Below, one piece after another: positions 25,552 to 34,791 of a DNA stretch of 63,219 bases. Positions within the stretch are counted from its first letter, which is position 1; each line of letters starts with the position of its first letter. A program made the position numbers and the translations under genes. Origin of the DNA: an uncultured virus (IMG/VR IMGVR_UViG_3300025392_000003) (Duplodnaviria; Heunggongvirae; Uroviricota; Caudoviricetes); IMG/VR virus record IMGVR_UViG_3300025392_000003, one strand, 5' to 3'. The notes under the pieces were generated by a model. It had not been told where the DNA came from. It searched no databases and saw only the letters and a program-made list of their open reading frames with translations.

Positions 25552-26901
25552 TCAGCCAACCGACTTCTTAAATCGGTCATTTGCGAAGTAGCCCGTATCC
25601 TTGCCATCAGTTCCACGATAGAAATCGTTGTAGGCCTGTGTAGCGTCCGCCACCTTATCGGCTACGGCTGGGGCATCCTTGGCAAATTGACCAGAGTGGT
25701 AGTAGTGGTTCGTGCTTTGAGCCGTTCTACGAATAGCAGTGCGTAGTTCAGAAACGGACTTAGAAGCACTAGTTAGTTTGGAAATCAGGTTCTTGTAATC
25801 AACAGAAGTGCGAGTTGGCTGGTTTCCTTGACCCTGAACGAACTTAGAGCCACCGGCTTTTGCCTCGTTCTTGAGGTCTGTGATTCGGCTTTGGATAGCC
25901 TCTCGGATACTTCCCAATTCGCCACGAACTCGGCTAGATGCGTAGCCGTGACTCATATCAGCAAGTTTGGACATTGAGTTTGAGGCCAACTTTAGGTCTT
26001 CCAAACGGCTAGAAGTCATACCGGCAATCCGATTACGGTTCGCATCCGAGTTTGATGCGCCCGCTGGGGAATACTTGTCGGCTAACGATTCAGCAGTCAC
26101 ATTGGCTGGTCGTTCCGTTGCTTCACGCCCGGTTCCGAGTTTCTCACCCTCATCAGGGTCTTGGCGGCCCAATGATGCCGCCTGTGTCTGGGCAGTTCTA
26201 GCAGCAATCGCTTTCTGGTCAGCGACATCACGAAGACCCTCGGCAATTTTTTGGTGCTCGTCAGCAAGGGCGTTTAGGTCTTCTGGCTTATCGCCAGCGA
26301 CCGCAACATCTAGATGCCTATCAGCAACATTCTTGGCCGCTTGCGCTAGGTAGTTTGGCGCGCTGTATTGAGTCTGATAAGGGTGCGAGAACTTATTGGG
26401 GTTTGGGGTAGGTGTTGGAGTAGCACTTGGGGCGGGGGCAGTTCCGTTGGCTAGTGCTTCGACATTCCTACTAGCCCGAATAGCCCTACTAGTTGCGGCT
26501 TCAGCACGGTCATCGTTCTCATCACTAATGTAAGTGTGTGCCATTGAGTGAGCGTTGTGGGCATCCTCGTGAGCGTTGCCGGCCTCTACGTGGGCGTCAG
26601 CCAACGCTGGGTTGGTAGAACGAACCCTATTGGCTTCCTCAAAGTGTTCATCTGCTATTTCAGAGTGTTCATCTCGTAATACTGGTGAACCCGGGTCGTG
26701 CCAGATACCATCAACTAGTGCGTTAGCCCTAGCAGCGATTTCTGAAGCGCTTCGCCAAGCAGCGATAGCCTGCGAGTCACTAGTGATTTGTGTCGTCCCG
26801 CTAGCCGACTGATACTGGTTTCCGTGGAACTCGTGGCCAACCACATCGCCCTTGGCAACACGAATCCACGATTCTACTTCAGCAAAGAAATCCCTAGCCA
26901 T
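25552..26901 (-). CDS. Tagged Ala/His-rich protein
   Basis: FAEVESWIRVAKGDVVGHEFHGNQY; AHVEAGNAHEDAHNAH. Confidence 0.7.
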   Translation of the reverse strand: MARDFFAEVESWIRVAKGDVVGHEFHGNQYQSASGTTQITSDSQAIAAWRSASEIAARANALVDGIWHDPGSPVLRDEHSEIADEHFEEANRVRSTNPALADAHVEAGNAHEDAHNAHSMAHTYISDENDDRAEAATSRAIRASRNVEALANGTAPAPSATPTPTPNPNKFSHPYQTQYSAPNYLAQAAKNVADRHLDVAVAGDKPEDLNALADEHQKIAEGLRDVADQKAIAARTAQTQAASLGRQDPDEGEKLGTGREATERPANVTAESLADKYSPAGASNSDANRNRIAGMTSSRLEDLKLASNSMSKLADMSHGYASSRVRGELGSIREAIQSRITDLKNEAKAGGSKFVQGQGNQPTRTSVDYKNLISKLTSASKSVSELRTAIRRTAQSTNHYYHSGQFAKDAPAVADKVADATQAYNDFYRGTDGKDTGYFANDRFKKSVG

Positions 26902-26905
26902 TGTT

Positions 26906-28498
26906 TTACTTTCTATTGTTCATATAGGTTTCGCCCAGATTAAACGATGCCCTATCGGCAACCCTCGCTGCGTCAGCAACGGCAGCCACGCTTGCCTTTG
27001 ATGGCTCTTTCGTTCCAGCACTAGCCGCTTTTTCACAGGCTTTATACGCAGCAATATGAGCATCAGCAGCCTTTCGGTATTCGGCTTTCTGTGGGCCGCT
27101 TTGTGCTTTCCCTGCGTAATACTGGGCCAACTGATAGTGCTGACTCGCACCCACTTTGTAATCCGCTGGTGTGCGAACTTCTGTGTCGTCTGGGTGTCCA
27201 GCACCCATTACTAGGTGTTCGTGGAGGGCAGAAGCGATATAACTCGCCTCGACATCGCTCTTGATGTTTCCTGCGTTTTTGACACTAAAACCGTATAGTG
27301 GCTTAGCGACATTTGGACCGCCGTTTTGAGCAATAGTGTCTTCGTGAGCCGCTTCTGGGATAATGTTAGAAGAGGCATCAGTAGCAGAGCCAGATGCTTC
27401 TTTGGCCGCAGCGATAGCGCTATCAACATTGAGTTGACTTGGGCCGTATGAGCCATTCAGCATACCGGCAACTACGCCCCACCGTTTAGCGGCGTTGTAG
27501 TGCTCATCAGAAGCGTCGGCGTGACCGATTTCAGAGTTGAGGTGAGTCTCGTCTTCGTTTGACAAACGCTCTGCTTCTTTTTGGTGTTCGATAGCCATAT
27601 CCCAATGGTCTTTTCCAATCTTGGAAGCGACACTAGCGGGCATAGTCTTGTCGAACTTGTCAATCTGGTTCTTCTCGTAAAGGTCGTTTGCCTTAGTAGC
27701 GAGGTCTTTCGCAGCACCAGCAGCGTTTAGTGGTGCTGTCTGGGCCTCGCTAGTGATTTGAGCCGCTCTAGAGCCTGCTGTCTGTGGCAGTTTGTTTGTC
27801 TCTTCCTCGGCTGCTGCTGCGTCTGCTGACATCAAATTGGCGGCAATCGAGGTTCCCCCGTGAGCCTCGGCGCTCGCAGTTGCGGCATCATCGCTAGTGC
27901 GCTGTGCTGCTTCCACAGCATCTAGCGCACTCTCCGAGTGTGGGTCGTTCGCAAGTGCTTTTGCCGCTTCTTCGTGTGCGTCTGCGGCGTTAGCGTGAGC
28001 AATAAAAGCCTTGAAGTTGTCAATAGCGGCTTTTGCCACAAGTGGTTTTTCCGCTTGTGTTAGTGGCATTTCGGCTGCTTGGTCAGCGAGTTCCATAGCG
28101 ATACTCTTGTGTCCTTCAGCGATGCTCTTGTGTTCCGCAGCGATTGACTTGCTAGCACCCTCGTCATTTGCTCTATCGGCAACATCATCAGCACGGCCAG
28201 ATAGTTTTCCAGTTCCCTCGGTGTATTGATTTCCACGGAACTCGTGACCCGGTAAGTCGCCTTTGGCTACTGGCTTGGAGTATGTTCCGCCACGACGCTT
28301 GTATTCCTGAACGACCCAGCCGTTTGCCACTGCTGATGGATAGACATCAAACTTCTTCTGGGCATCGGCCTTTACTTGGTCGTATAACTTCTGGTTGTCA
28401 GGCTCGCCTTTGCGGTCTGAAATCAACTCGGTGTAGTCGGGCTTTGCCTTAGCAATACGAACCCACGCCTCTATTTCAGCAAAGAAGTCATTAGCCAT
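26906..28498 (-). CDS. Tagged Ala/His-rich protein with a small N-terminal YPSA domain
   Basis: FAEIEAWVRIAK; LYDQVKADAQKKFDVYPSAVANGWVVQEYKRRGGTY; VAKGDLPGHEFRGNQY. Confidence 0.7.
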   Translation of the reverse strand: MANDFFAEIEAWVRIAKAKPDYTELISDRKGEPDNQKLYDQVKADAQKKFDVYPSAVANGWVVQEYKRRGGTYSKPVAKGDLPGHEFRGNQYTEGTGKLSGRADDVADRANDEGASKSIAAEHKSIAEGHKSIAMELADQAAEMPLTQAEKPLVAKAAIDNFKAFIAHANAADAHEEAAKALANDPHSESALDAVEAAQRTSDDAATASAEAHGGTSIAANLMSADAAAAEEETNKLPQTAGSRAAQITSEAQTAPLNAAGAAKDLATKANDLYEKNQIDKFDKTMPASVASKIGKDHWDMAIEHQKEAERLSNEDETHLNSEIGHADASDEHYNAAKRWGVVAGMLNGSYGPSQLNVDSAIAAAKEASGSATDASSNIIPEAAHEDTIAQNGGPNVAKPLYGFSVKNAGNIKSDVEASYIASALHEHLVMGAGHPDDTEVRTPADYKVGASQHYQLAQYYAGKAQSGPQKAEYRKAADAHIAAYKACEKAASAGTKEPSKASVAAVADAARVADRASFNLGETYMNNRK

Positions 28499-30428
28499 TG
28501 TCACGGGCTCCATACTTGGAGCGCAAGTAATCTAGAACTTTGCTTGGGCTAGTGGGGTTGAATCGGTTTCCCACGCCACCCTCTTGATGAGTAGATGGCC
28601 CTTGTTCTGGTTGTGTGATTTCTGGCATTCCGTGTAGGCGAGTTCCATCTGGGTGCCATTGGTTAGAGCGGAAAGGATTGCCTGCTTCGGGTTCTTGATG
28701 GCCGTCTGGTGAAATAGTTGGCCTAGTGGTGTAGGGCGCATCCGGCGTTCTGTGTATTGGCGGCTCCCACTGATTAGTTTGGAACGGACTTCCTACTCGG
28801 TGTTCGGGGAAGTCGGGGTGTAGTGGCAAAACCGGGTGGTCGCCGGGATTCCAGTCGCCGGGATTCCAACGACCCTCATCTACACGGCGCGCTGGTGATG
28901 AACCGCCACCCTGTCCTTGTGAATATTGGTTGCCTCGGAACTCGTGGCCCATTTGGTCGGCCTTAGCAAAGTCACTAGCGATAATGCCACCAGCAATTCC
29001 GTCATTGATAGGGCGCTCGTAGTTGATGTTGTCGGCCTTAGCAGTCGCAACACCAGCGGCTTGAGCGAGTTTGGTGTAGTTGTCGCCACCCAAAGTAGCG
29101 GCAACAGCAGCATTAGCGTGAGCGTTCGCAGCGTTCTGGTGAGCGTTGGCTAATTTGTTTAGCCCATCTTCCCTAGCACTCCTAGCGGCGTTAGCGTGGC
29201 TATTAGCGAGTTCGATGTGAGCAACGTGCGCATCTGTCTCTGCGTCTTCTTTGTGAAGAACTTGGTTGGAAAGGCGAGCAGCCTCGCTACGCATCTTGCT
29301 TGTTTCAGATGGTCCAAACTTTACATTGGATGTTCCGCTTCTAGTTTGCGAATCGCTGGTGATTTGAGCGGTCTTCGAGCCATCTAGGATTTTCTGCGAG
29401 GCCGAAATAGCACGAGCGCTCTTTCTAGCGGTGTCTTGTGCTTCCTTGACTTCTGCTTGGCTAGGGGTGGTGTCGCCACCACGATTACGGCGGTCGTTTG
29501 CCGTTTCAGCAGCCAAACGGTGAGCATTGGCCGCCTGAATATGAGCGTTTGCTAGTTCCGTGTCGCCAACTTTGGTTGCCTGTGTTGCGGCGCGTGTGTG
29601 CAAGGCGGCCAACTTTTCGTGGGCATCCTTGAGGTCTAGGTGTGTTCCCCACATAAGGTCGTCATCACCAACGGTTCCGTAGTAGCCCCGTGTCTTTGAT
29701 GACTTAGAAGTACGAATCAAGTCTTTGAGGTCGCCGTTTGCTGATACCGCAGCCTTTAGTGCATTGTTGATGCTGGTGTGAGTCCTAGCGAGGTTTGCTG
29801 CTGGGTTGCTTACGGTCGGCTTGGTTTTTGAGTCACTAGTGATTTGGGCGGTCTGTGATTCAACGTTGCTGCCAACAGCATCAATAGCGGGCTGAATCTT
29901 TGCCATTTCGTTAGCAGGAACCGACCACGCAGGTTCGCCGCCGTGCAAGATGAGGCCGCCCTGTCTTCCGGCGAGGGTGTCTGCGTTGTAGCGTGTGATG
30001 AACTGACCCTCTGGGTCGAAGCCAGACTTTCCAGCGTAGGTCTTGTCGTAGAACTCAACCATTGGCTTACCAGTGTTGGTAAGTTTTTTGTCTAGACCAT
30101 ACTTTCCACCTGTGGGGAGAACCTGAACGTGGATAGTGTGACCCGTAGCGCCCTGAACCTCACCGATTTTGACAGCACCGGTGTACTGATTTCCGTGAAA
30201 CTCGTGACCCTCAACGTCACCCTTAGTGACTTCCTGCTCGTCTTTCACCTCGGCGTATTTGGCTCGCTTTTGGGCGCAATCTGCCTCTGAGGTGCAAGGC
30301 TCGTCACCGTGCATCCTGTGCCAGTCGTCGTGGTCTTGGTCGTGGCGCATAACGGTAGCCAACGACTCGTTGGCATCTTTAACGATGCGAATCCAAGACT
30401 CAATCTGCGAGAAGATGTTTTCTGACAC
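28491..30428 (-). CDS. Tagged multi-module protein
   Basis: SQIESWIRIVK; two GHEFxGNQY tags; globular PMVEFYD..GQFITRY..GLILHGGEPAW domain; His-rich repeats; GTG start with a GGAGG RBS. Confidence 0.7.
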   Translation of the reverse strand: MSENIFSQIESWIRIVKDANESLATVMRHDQDHDDWHRMHGDEPCTSEADCAQKRAKYAEVKDEQEVTKGDVEGHEFHGNQYTGAVKIGEVQGATGHTIHVQVLPTGGKYGLDKKLTNTGKPMVEFYDKTYAGKSGFDPEGQFITRYNADTLAGRQGGLILHGGEPAWSVPANEMAKIQPAIDAVGSNVESQTAQITSDSKTKPTVSNPAANLARTHTSINNALKAAVSANGDLKDLIRTSKSSKTRGYYGTVGDDDLMWGTHLDLKDAHEKLAALHTRAATQATKVGDTELANAHIQAANAHRLAAETANDRRNRGGDTTPSQAEVKEAQDTARKSARAISASQKILDGSKTAQITSDSQTRSGTSNVKFGPSETSKMRSEAARLSNQVLHKEDAETDAHVAHIELANSHANAARSAREDGLNKLANAHQNAANAHANAAVAATLGGDNYTKLAQAAGVATAKADNINYERPINDGIAGGIIASDFAKADQMGHEFRGNQYSQGQGGGSSPARRVDEGRWNPGDWNPGDHPVLPLHPDFPEHRVGSPFQTNQWEPPIHRTPDAPYTTRPTISPDGHQEPEAGNPFRSNQWHPDGTRLHGMPEITQPEQGPSTHQEGGVGNRFNPTSPSKVLDYLRSKYGARDNG

Positions 30429-30504
30429 GGCGGCCTCCAAGTGGGGAAGTTTCTGGGTAGATACTATCCCCTACTTTGGAAAACCCTAGTCGTAGATAGG
30501 GGGA

Positions 30505-32409
30505 TTAGTTGTTAACAGCAGGGAAAGTCGGAATATCGGTTGGGGCTGGCATATCAACTTCTACGCCCGCGCCTGTGCCACCCATTGAGTAGCCACCAAT
30601 CTTTCCTTGCTTCACCAATTCCCAAGCCCAAGGCTTCCAAAGAACGCCGAGGAAAACGGTTCCAGCGGGGAACTTAGTATTGGAAACAGCACCAGTCCCG
30701 GCCTGAACCATTGGCAAGGTCACTTCGTAAGGCCAAGTCATAGCCTCTACCCACTCACCAGCAACGATATCTACATTGTGTTGGAGTCGGATATCACGGT
30801 CGCCTGAACGGACATAACCCCAAAGGGCTTGCTGAAGTTCTGATGGGTCGGTCCATTCGCCGTGTGCATCTGATGAGTATGGAACATACCAAGGGCCGAG
30901 CGTGTAGCGCAGGTCGGCATCCTTACGGATAGTGCCGGGAATACTGTCGTCTTCGTCTTCTGCGACTTCACCAAACTCGTTGAGTGGCTCTGGCATCTGC
31001 TCGTCAAGAATAGTCATATTCTCTGGCATCTCTGGCTCGTATTTGCCGTTCCAAGAAGTTGAGTCAACGTGAACCGAGCCCGAACTTGGCTGCGATTTCA
31101 GCATCGGGCCACTAGCGAGTGAGTCACGGCTAGGGGCAGAGTTGGGGTCGGTAATGGGCGCGCCGTAAGTGCCATCGGCGTTAATGCTCATTCCAAAAGG
31201 GTTTGAGGATTCGTCTTCTGAATCGCTTGAGTCCTCTGGCAAGTCGCCGTAAGCCATACTCTCTACTTTGGAAACCGATGGGTTCTTCATAAAGGCTTCG
31301 GTTTCAGCAGAAGACTTGATAAGGACTGGAACAATATTGAACTTGCACCATCCGCCCTCGGCTGGCTGAACGGCTACCCAGTCACAACCGCCATCGTAAG
31401 CAATACAGTTCTTACAGTTCTGGCCGGATGCTTGGTATGGAGAGACATCGGTGTAGTTAGCCTCGGTAGTAGGGATACGACCGATATCCTCAACGATTTC
31501 GTCAAGGCTTTCAGCAAGTTCTACCTGCCAAGGGTCAAGGCCGTCTTTCCAACTGTCGCCAAGAATCGCATCATCGCTAGACGAAGAAGACGAACTGCTC
31601 GAACTTGAGGAAGATGAGGAACTACTCGAACTAGAGGAACTACTTGATGAGTCATCAGCACTTGAGTATTCGCTGTCGCTACTGCTACTGCTTGATGATG
31701 AGGAAGAGGAACTGCTTGAGGAAGATGATTCCTCGGTGGAGTCGCTGCTACTAGAAGATGATGAGGAACTACTACTGCTACTTGATGAAGATGAACTCTC
31801 GCTCTCGCTTGATGAGTTATCGGTGTTGTCGGGAGTCTGAACCGCACCGATAATTGAGGCAACTGTCTGTGGGTCGAGTTGGACTTGGACCGCGCCATCA
31901 TCGTTCATATCAGCAGTTGGCTCTACGGGGCTAGGGGCAAAGGAGAATGGGAAGCCTACGGCCTTGTCTAGCGGCTCACATACATCAGTCTCGGCGGTTG
32001 AGCCACAGACTACGCAAGCGTGAACGCCGCCAAAGGCATTGGCGCTCTTAACAAAGGGGTGTGACACGGAAGCCAAGCCCTTAGCGATATTGCGAGAAAT
32101 CAAACGCTGTTCAGCACCAGCCGAAAGTTCGGTTTCGCCAAATACCTTGCCAGCCAACTTTTTCCAAACTGGCGACTCGTCTTTGACTTCCTCGTTGGGA
32201 ATAAGAACAACGGACATTTCGCCCTCGCCCTTAGAAACAGCCATAACATCTGCGGTGAGGTAGCCCTCTCGTAAGAGGTCGGCAGCACCCTCACGCACAT
32301 CTGCGTTTAGGTTCTGGTTCTTAATAATGTCGCCCAAAGCGATATCAGCAACTACATCAAAGATGCTCACTTGTGACACGGCCGACTCCCTTGTGGTTAG
32401 TTCGTTCAT
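30505..32409 (-). CDS. XkdF-like prohead serine protease with a long N-terminal extension (Cys motifs, poly-Ser)
   Basis: C-terminal YTLGPWYVP..DAHGE..IRLQHN..GTVFLGV..WELVKQGKIGGYSMGG; directly downstream of the portal. Confidence 0.8.
   Translation of the reverse strand: MNELTTRESAVSQVSIFDVVADIALGDIIKNQNLNADVREGAADLLREGYLTADVMAVSKGEGEMSVVLIPNEEVKDESPVWKKLAGKVFGETELSAGAEQRLISRNIAKGLASVSHPFVKSANAFGGVHACVVCGSTAETDVCEPLDKAVGFPFSFAPSPVEPTADMNDDGAVQVQLDPQTVASIIGAVQTPDNTDNSSSESESSSSSSSSSSSSSSSSSSDSTEESSSSSSSSSSSSSSSSSDSEYSSADDSSSSSSSSSSSSSSSSSSSSSSSSSDDAILGDSWKDGLDPWQVELAESLDEIVEDIGRIPTTEANYTDVSPYQASGQNCKNCIAYDGGCDWVAVQPAEGGWCKFNIVPVLIKSSAETEAFMKNPSVSKVESMAYGDLPEDSSDSEDESSNPFGMSINADGTYGAPITDPNSAPSRDSLASGPMLKSQPSSGSVHVDSTSWNGKYEPEMPENMTILDEQMPEPLNEFGEVAEDEDDSIPGTIRKDADLRYTLGPWYVPYSSDAHGEWTDPSELQQALWGYVRSGDRDIRLQHNVDIVAGEWVEAMTWPYEVTLPMVQAGTGAVSNTKFPAGTVFLGVLWKPWAWELVKQGKIGGYSMGGTGAGVEVDMPAPTDIPTFPAVNN
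31570..31815 (-). repeat. Low-complexity poly-serine coding tract
   Basis: Three long Ser runs in the protease, encoded by mixed TCN/AGY codons. Confidence 0.9.
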
Positions 32410-32543
32410 TACTTTACCCCACTCTTTCCAAATCTCTGTTTAGTTAGAGCGTTGTCGCCTAGCGGCCTTGAGTGGTGATTGAACTCGCAATACGCTTTTG
32501 CGCTTCTTAGCAAACTTAGGACTGATAAACATAATTCGCTTCA

Positions 32544-34157
32544 TTACGAAGTCGGGCCTTGATTGTTGGTTAGAGGGCCGTTCATACCCTTGTCGTCTTT
32601 GGTCTTGCCCTTAGCCGATGGTGGAACTTGTCCAGTCTCACCGGGATAGCCGTGGCTGCTGATTTCCGATTGGATTCCGCTACCGCCCGATTGGTCGTTG
32701 ACCCCGCCCTGTGGGTTCTGAACTGGTCCGTCAGTTGAGTCGTCGCCACCTGAAGAGTCGCCCTTTACGCCAATAAAGGGGTGTTTCCCTTGCATAATTT
32801 GGTCTTGAGCGAACTGACCACCATCGCCGTAGCGTAGGTTTTGGGCCATACCATCTGGCTGTGACATAAAATCGGGCAGACCAGCGAGTTCTCGCAGGAA
32901 GTCTTCCAAGTTGTTGTCTGGTGTAATCAACTTGTTTTGGGTAAGGGTTCCCAAGAATCCGCCGAGTTCCTGTAGGTCAACGGCTGTGACCTGACCATAA
33001 GAAAGGGTGGGGCAACGCTCGGTGTCGAATCCGTTTAGGTTCATTAGGCGAGGAATAGCGTGGCTATTGATAACTTCAGCAATTAGGCGAACCCACGACT
33101 CAACGGCGGCCATAAAGAGTTCTACTTTGGAAGTTCCTAGTGAGAACGAGCCCACGCTCTCGTGACCCAACATAATAAAGTCGGCCAAGACGGTCATTGA
33201 GATTTGCTGGTTGTAGCGAGAAATAATCTGGTCGGTATTGAACTGACGGTTTCCACCGCTATTCAGCAACTTAAAGTCGATTAGTTGCTTGCCGTTCTCA
33301 TCAAACAAGGTAGGGAGAACGATTCCCTCTGTTTCGTTGCGCTTGACATTACGAACGATTTGCTGCATCGCTTGTAGTGCCATCTTTTCAGCAGGGGTGG
33401 CGTTGGAACTTAGCCACTCGGCGGGAACATAGGCGACTGGCAAACCAGCGAGGTCACGCTCTACTCCGACCGCCTCGAACTCTTCGATACGACGCTTGTA
33501 ATACCAAGACTTAAAGGCGTTGCGAAGAATAGAACGACCCTCTGGGTTTCCACGAGCCGAAGTCGTGCGGAACAGCAAACCCTTTTCAATCGGGATTACA
33601 TTGAGGCGACCAGTAGTGGGGTCGCGCTGAATGAACGCTTTGATTCCGCCGCTCTCATCGAATTGCCACTGCCACAAGGAGTCTTGCGCGCGCATAACAA
33701 TCTTTCGCCAACCGATTTTGTTGTCGGAGAACTTAGAGCGCTGTGATGGGTCTTTCTGATTCGGCCCCTTGCGCTGTTTGTAAACAATCTCGAAGAAAGA
33801 AAAGCCGTAAGGCAAGAACGAAAGAATGGCAATCATAAACTCGTGCCACGAGTGACTCATATCATCCATACACTCTTGGACAAACAACGCTATCGCACGG
33901 TCTTCATCAGTTGGTGTTGTGCCAGTCGCATCATCGTAAGGGTCAACACGCCAGTCAACTTGGAGAATGATGCGCTCAATAGCGAACAGCATCGCACCCA
34001 CGATTGGGTCGTTCTCCGACATATCACGGTAAGCAGTAAGGGCTTGTTTTCCTCGGAGTTGAGGAAGGATATCGTCAATGACGAATCCACCGGTGCGCCA
34101 AAGACCGGAAGCACCGAGTTCGGCGTAATTATTTACCTTACTCTGGTCGTCGGGCAT
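32544..34157 (-). CDS. Portal protein (DUF935 / Mu gp29-like)
   Basis: YRDM..DPIVGA..LPYGFSFFEIVY..NPEGRSILR..GVERDLAGLP..IISRYNQQI..ADF..GSFSL. Confidence 0.88.
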   Translation of the reverse strand: MPDDQSKVNNYAELGASGLWRTGGFVIDDILPQLRGKQALTAYRDMSENDPIVGAMLFAIERIILQVDWRVDPYDDATGTTPTDEDRAIALFVQECMDDMSHSWHEFMIAILSFLPYGFSFFEIVYKQRKGPNQKDPSQRSKFSDNKIGWRKIVMRAQDSLWQWQFDESGGIKAFIQRDPTTGRLNVIPIEKGLLFRTTSARGNPEGRSILRNAFKSWYYKRRIEEFEAVGVERDLAGLPVAYVPAEWLSSNATPAEKMALQAMQQIVRNVKRNETEGIVLPTLFDENGKQLIDFKLLNSGGNRQFNTDQIISRYNQQISMTVLADFIMLGHESVGSFSLGTSKVELFMAAVESWVRLIAEVINSHAIPRLMNLNGFDTERCPTLSYGQVTAVDLQELGGFLGTLTQNKLITPDNNLEDFLRELAGLPDFMSQPDGMAQNLRYGDGGQFAQDQIMQGKHPFIGVKGDSSGGDDSTDGPVQNPQGGVNDQSGGSGIQSEISSHGYPGETGQVPPSAKGKTKDDKGMNGPLTNNQGPTS

Positions 34158-34566
34158 CTCTACTCCGTTGGTCTATAAATTGGCTTGCTTCTATAAGGCT
34201 ACTACCCTTTTTCAGCATTAAACTAATCCGGCGTCGTTGACTTGGCGAATGTCCGCCCCAAACTCCGAAAGGCTCATCGATTCCCTCTTCCAAACACTCG
34301 TATCGGACCGGGCATTCCAAACAAAGTTTTCTCGGCGCGGCGAGGTGATTCCCACCGTGAACCCCGGCTTCGGGATAGAACTTATCCAAGTGCTCGGCGT
34401 TAGGGGTCTTACATAAAGCATCTTGTTTCCAAACTGACCCAAAGAAAGCCTTGAATAAATCAAACTCAAGGTAAATCGGCGTTTCAGGGAAGTCGAAGTC
34501 GGGCGTAAAGCCGAACTCGTCTTCTTTATTGTCGCCGTGGTTTGGAAAGGTCACGTTTGGAAACAC
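34138..34566 (-). CDS. whiB: WhiB-family transcriptional regulator
   Basis: WKQDALC..FYP..CLECPVRYECL..FGVWGG. Confidence 0.9.
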   Translation of the reverse strand: MFPNVTFPNHGDNKEDEFGFTPDFDFPETPIYLEFDLFKAFFGSVWKQDALCKTPNAEHLDKFYPEAGVHGGNHLAAPRKLCLECPVRYECLEEGIDEPFGVWGGHSPSQRRRISLMLKKGSSLIEASQFIDQRSRDARRPE

Positions 34567-34791
34567 TACAGCATCTTTTTGCTGAAATGTTGTGAAATTG
34601 ACTTTTTATGTGAGAAATCCCCTAGACCGATTCACTCGCCAAAAGAAGACAAAAGGCTTCGTGTGTTCGCTTGTTCTCTGGTAAAAAGGGGTAAAACCAG
34701 AAACTCGCTAGGTCTAGGGGAAACTCTTTGATTAGCGATTCTTAGGGTCAGCCGAGGCTTCCCAAACGGAATCCGCCATCAACCTTGTGCC

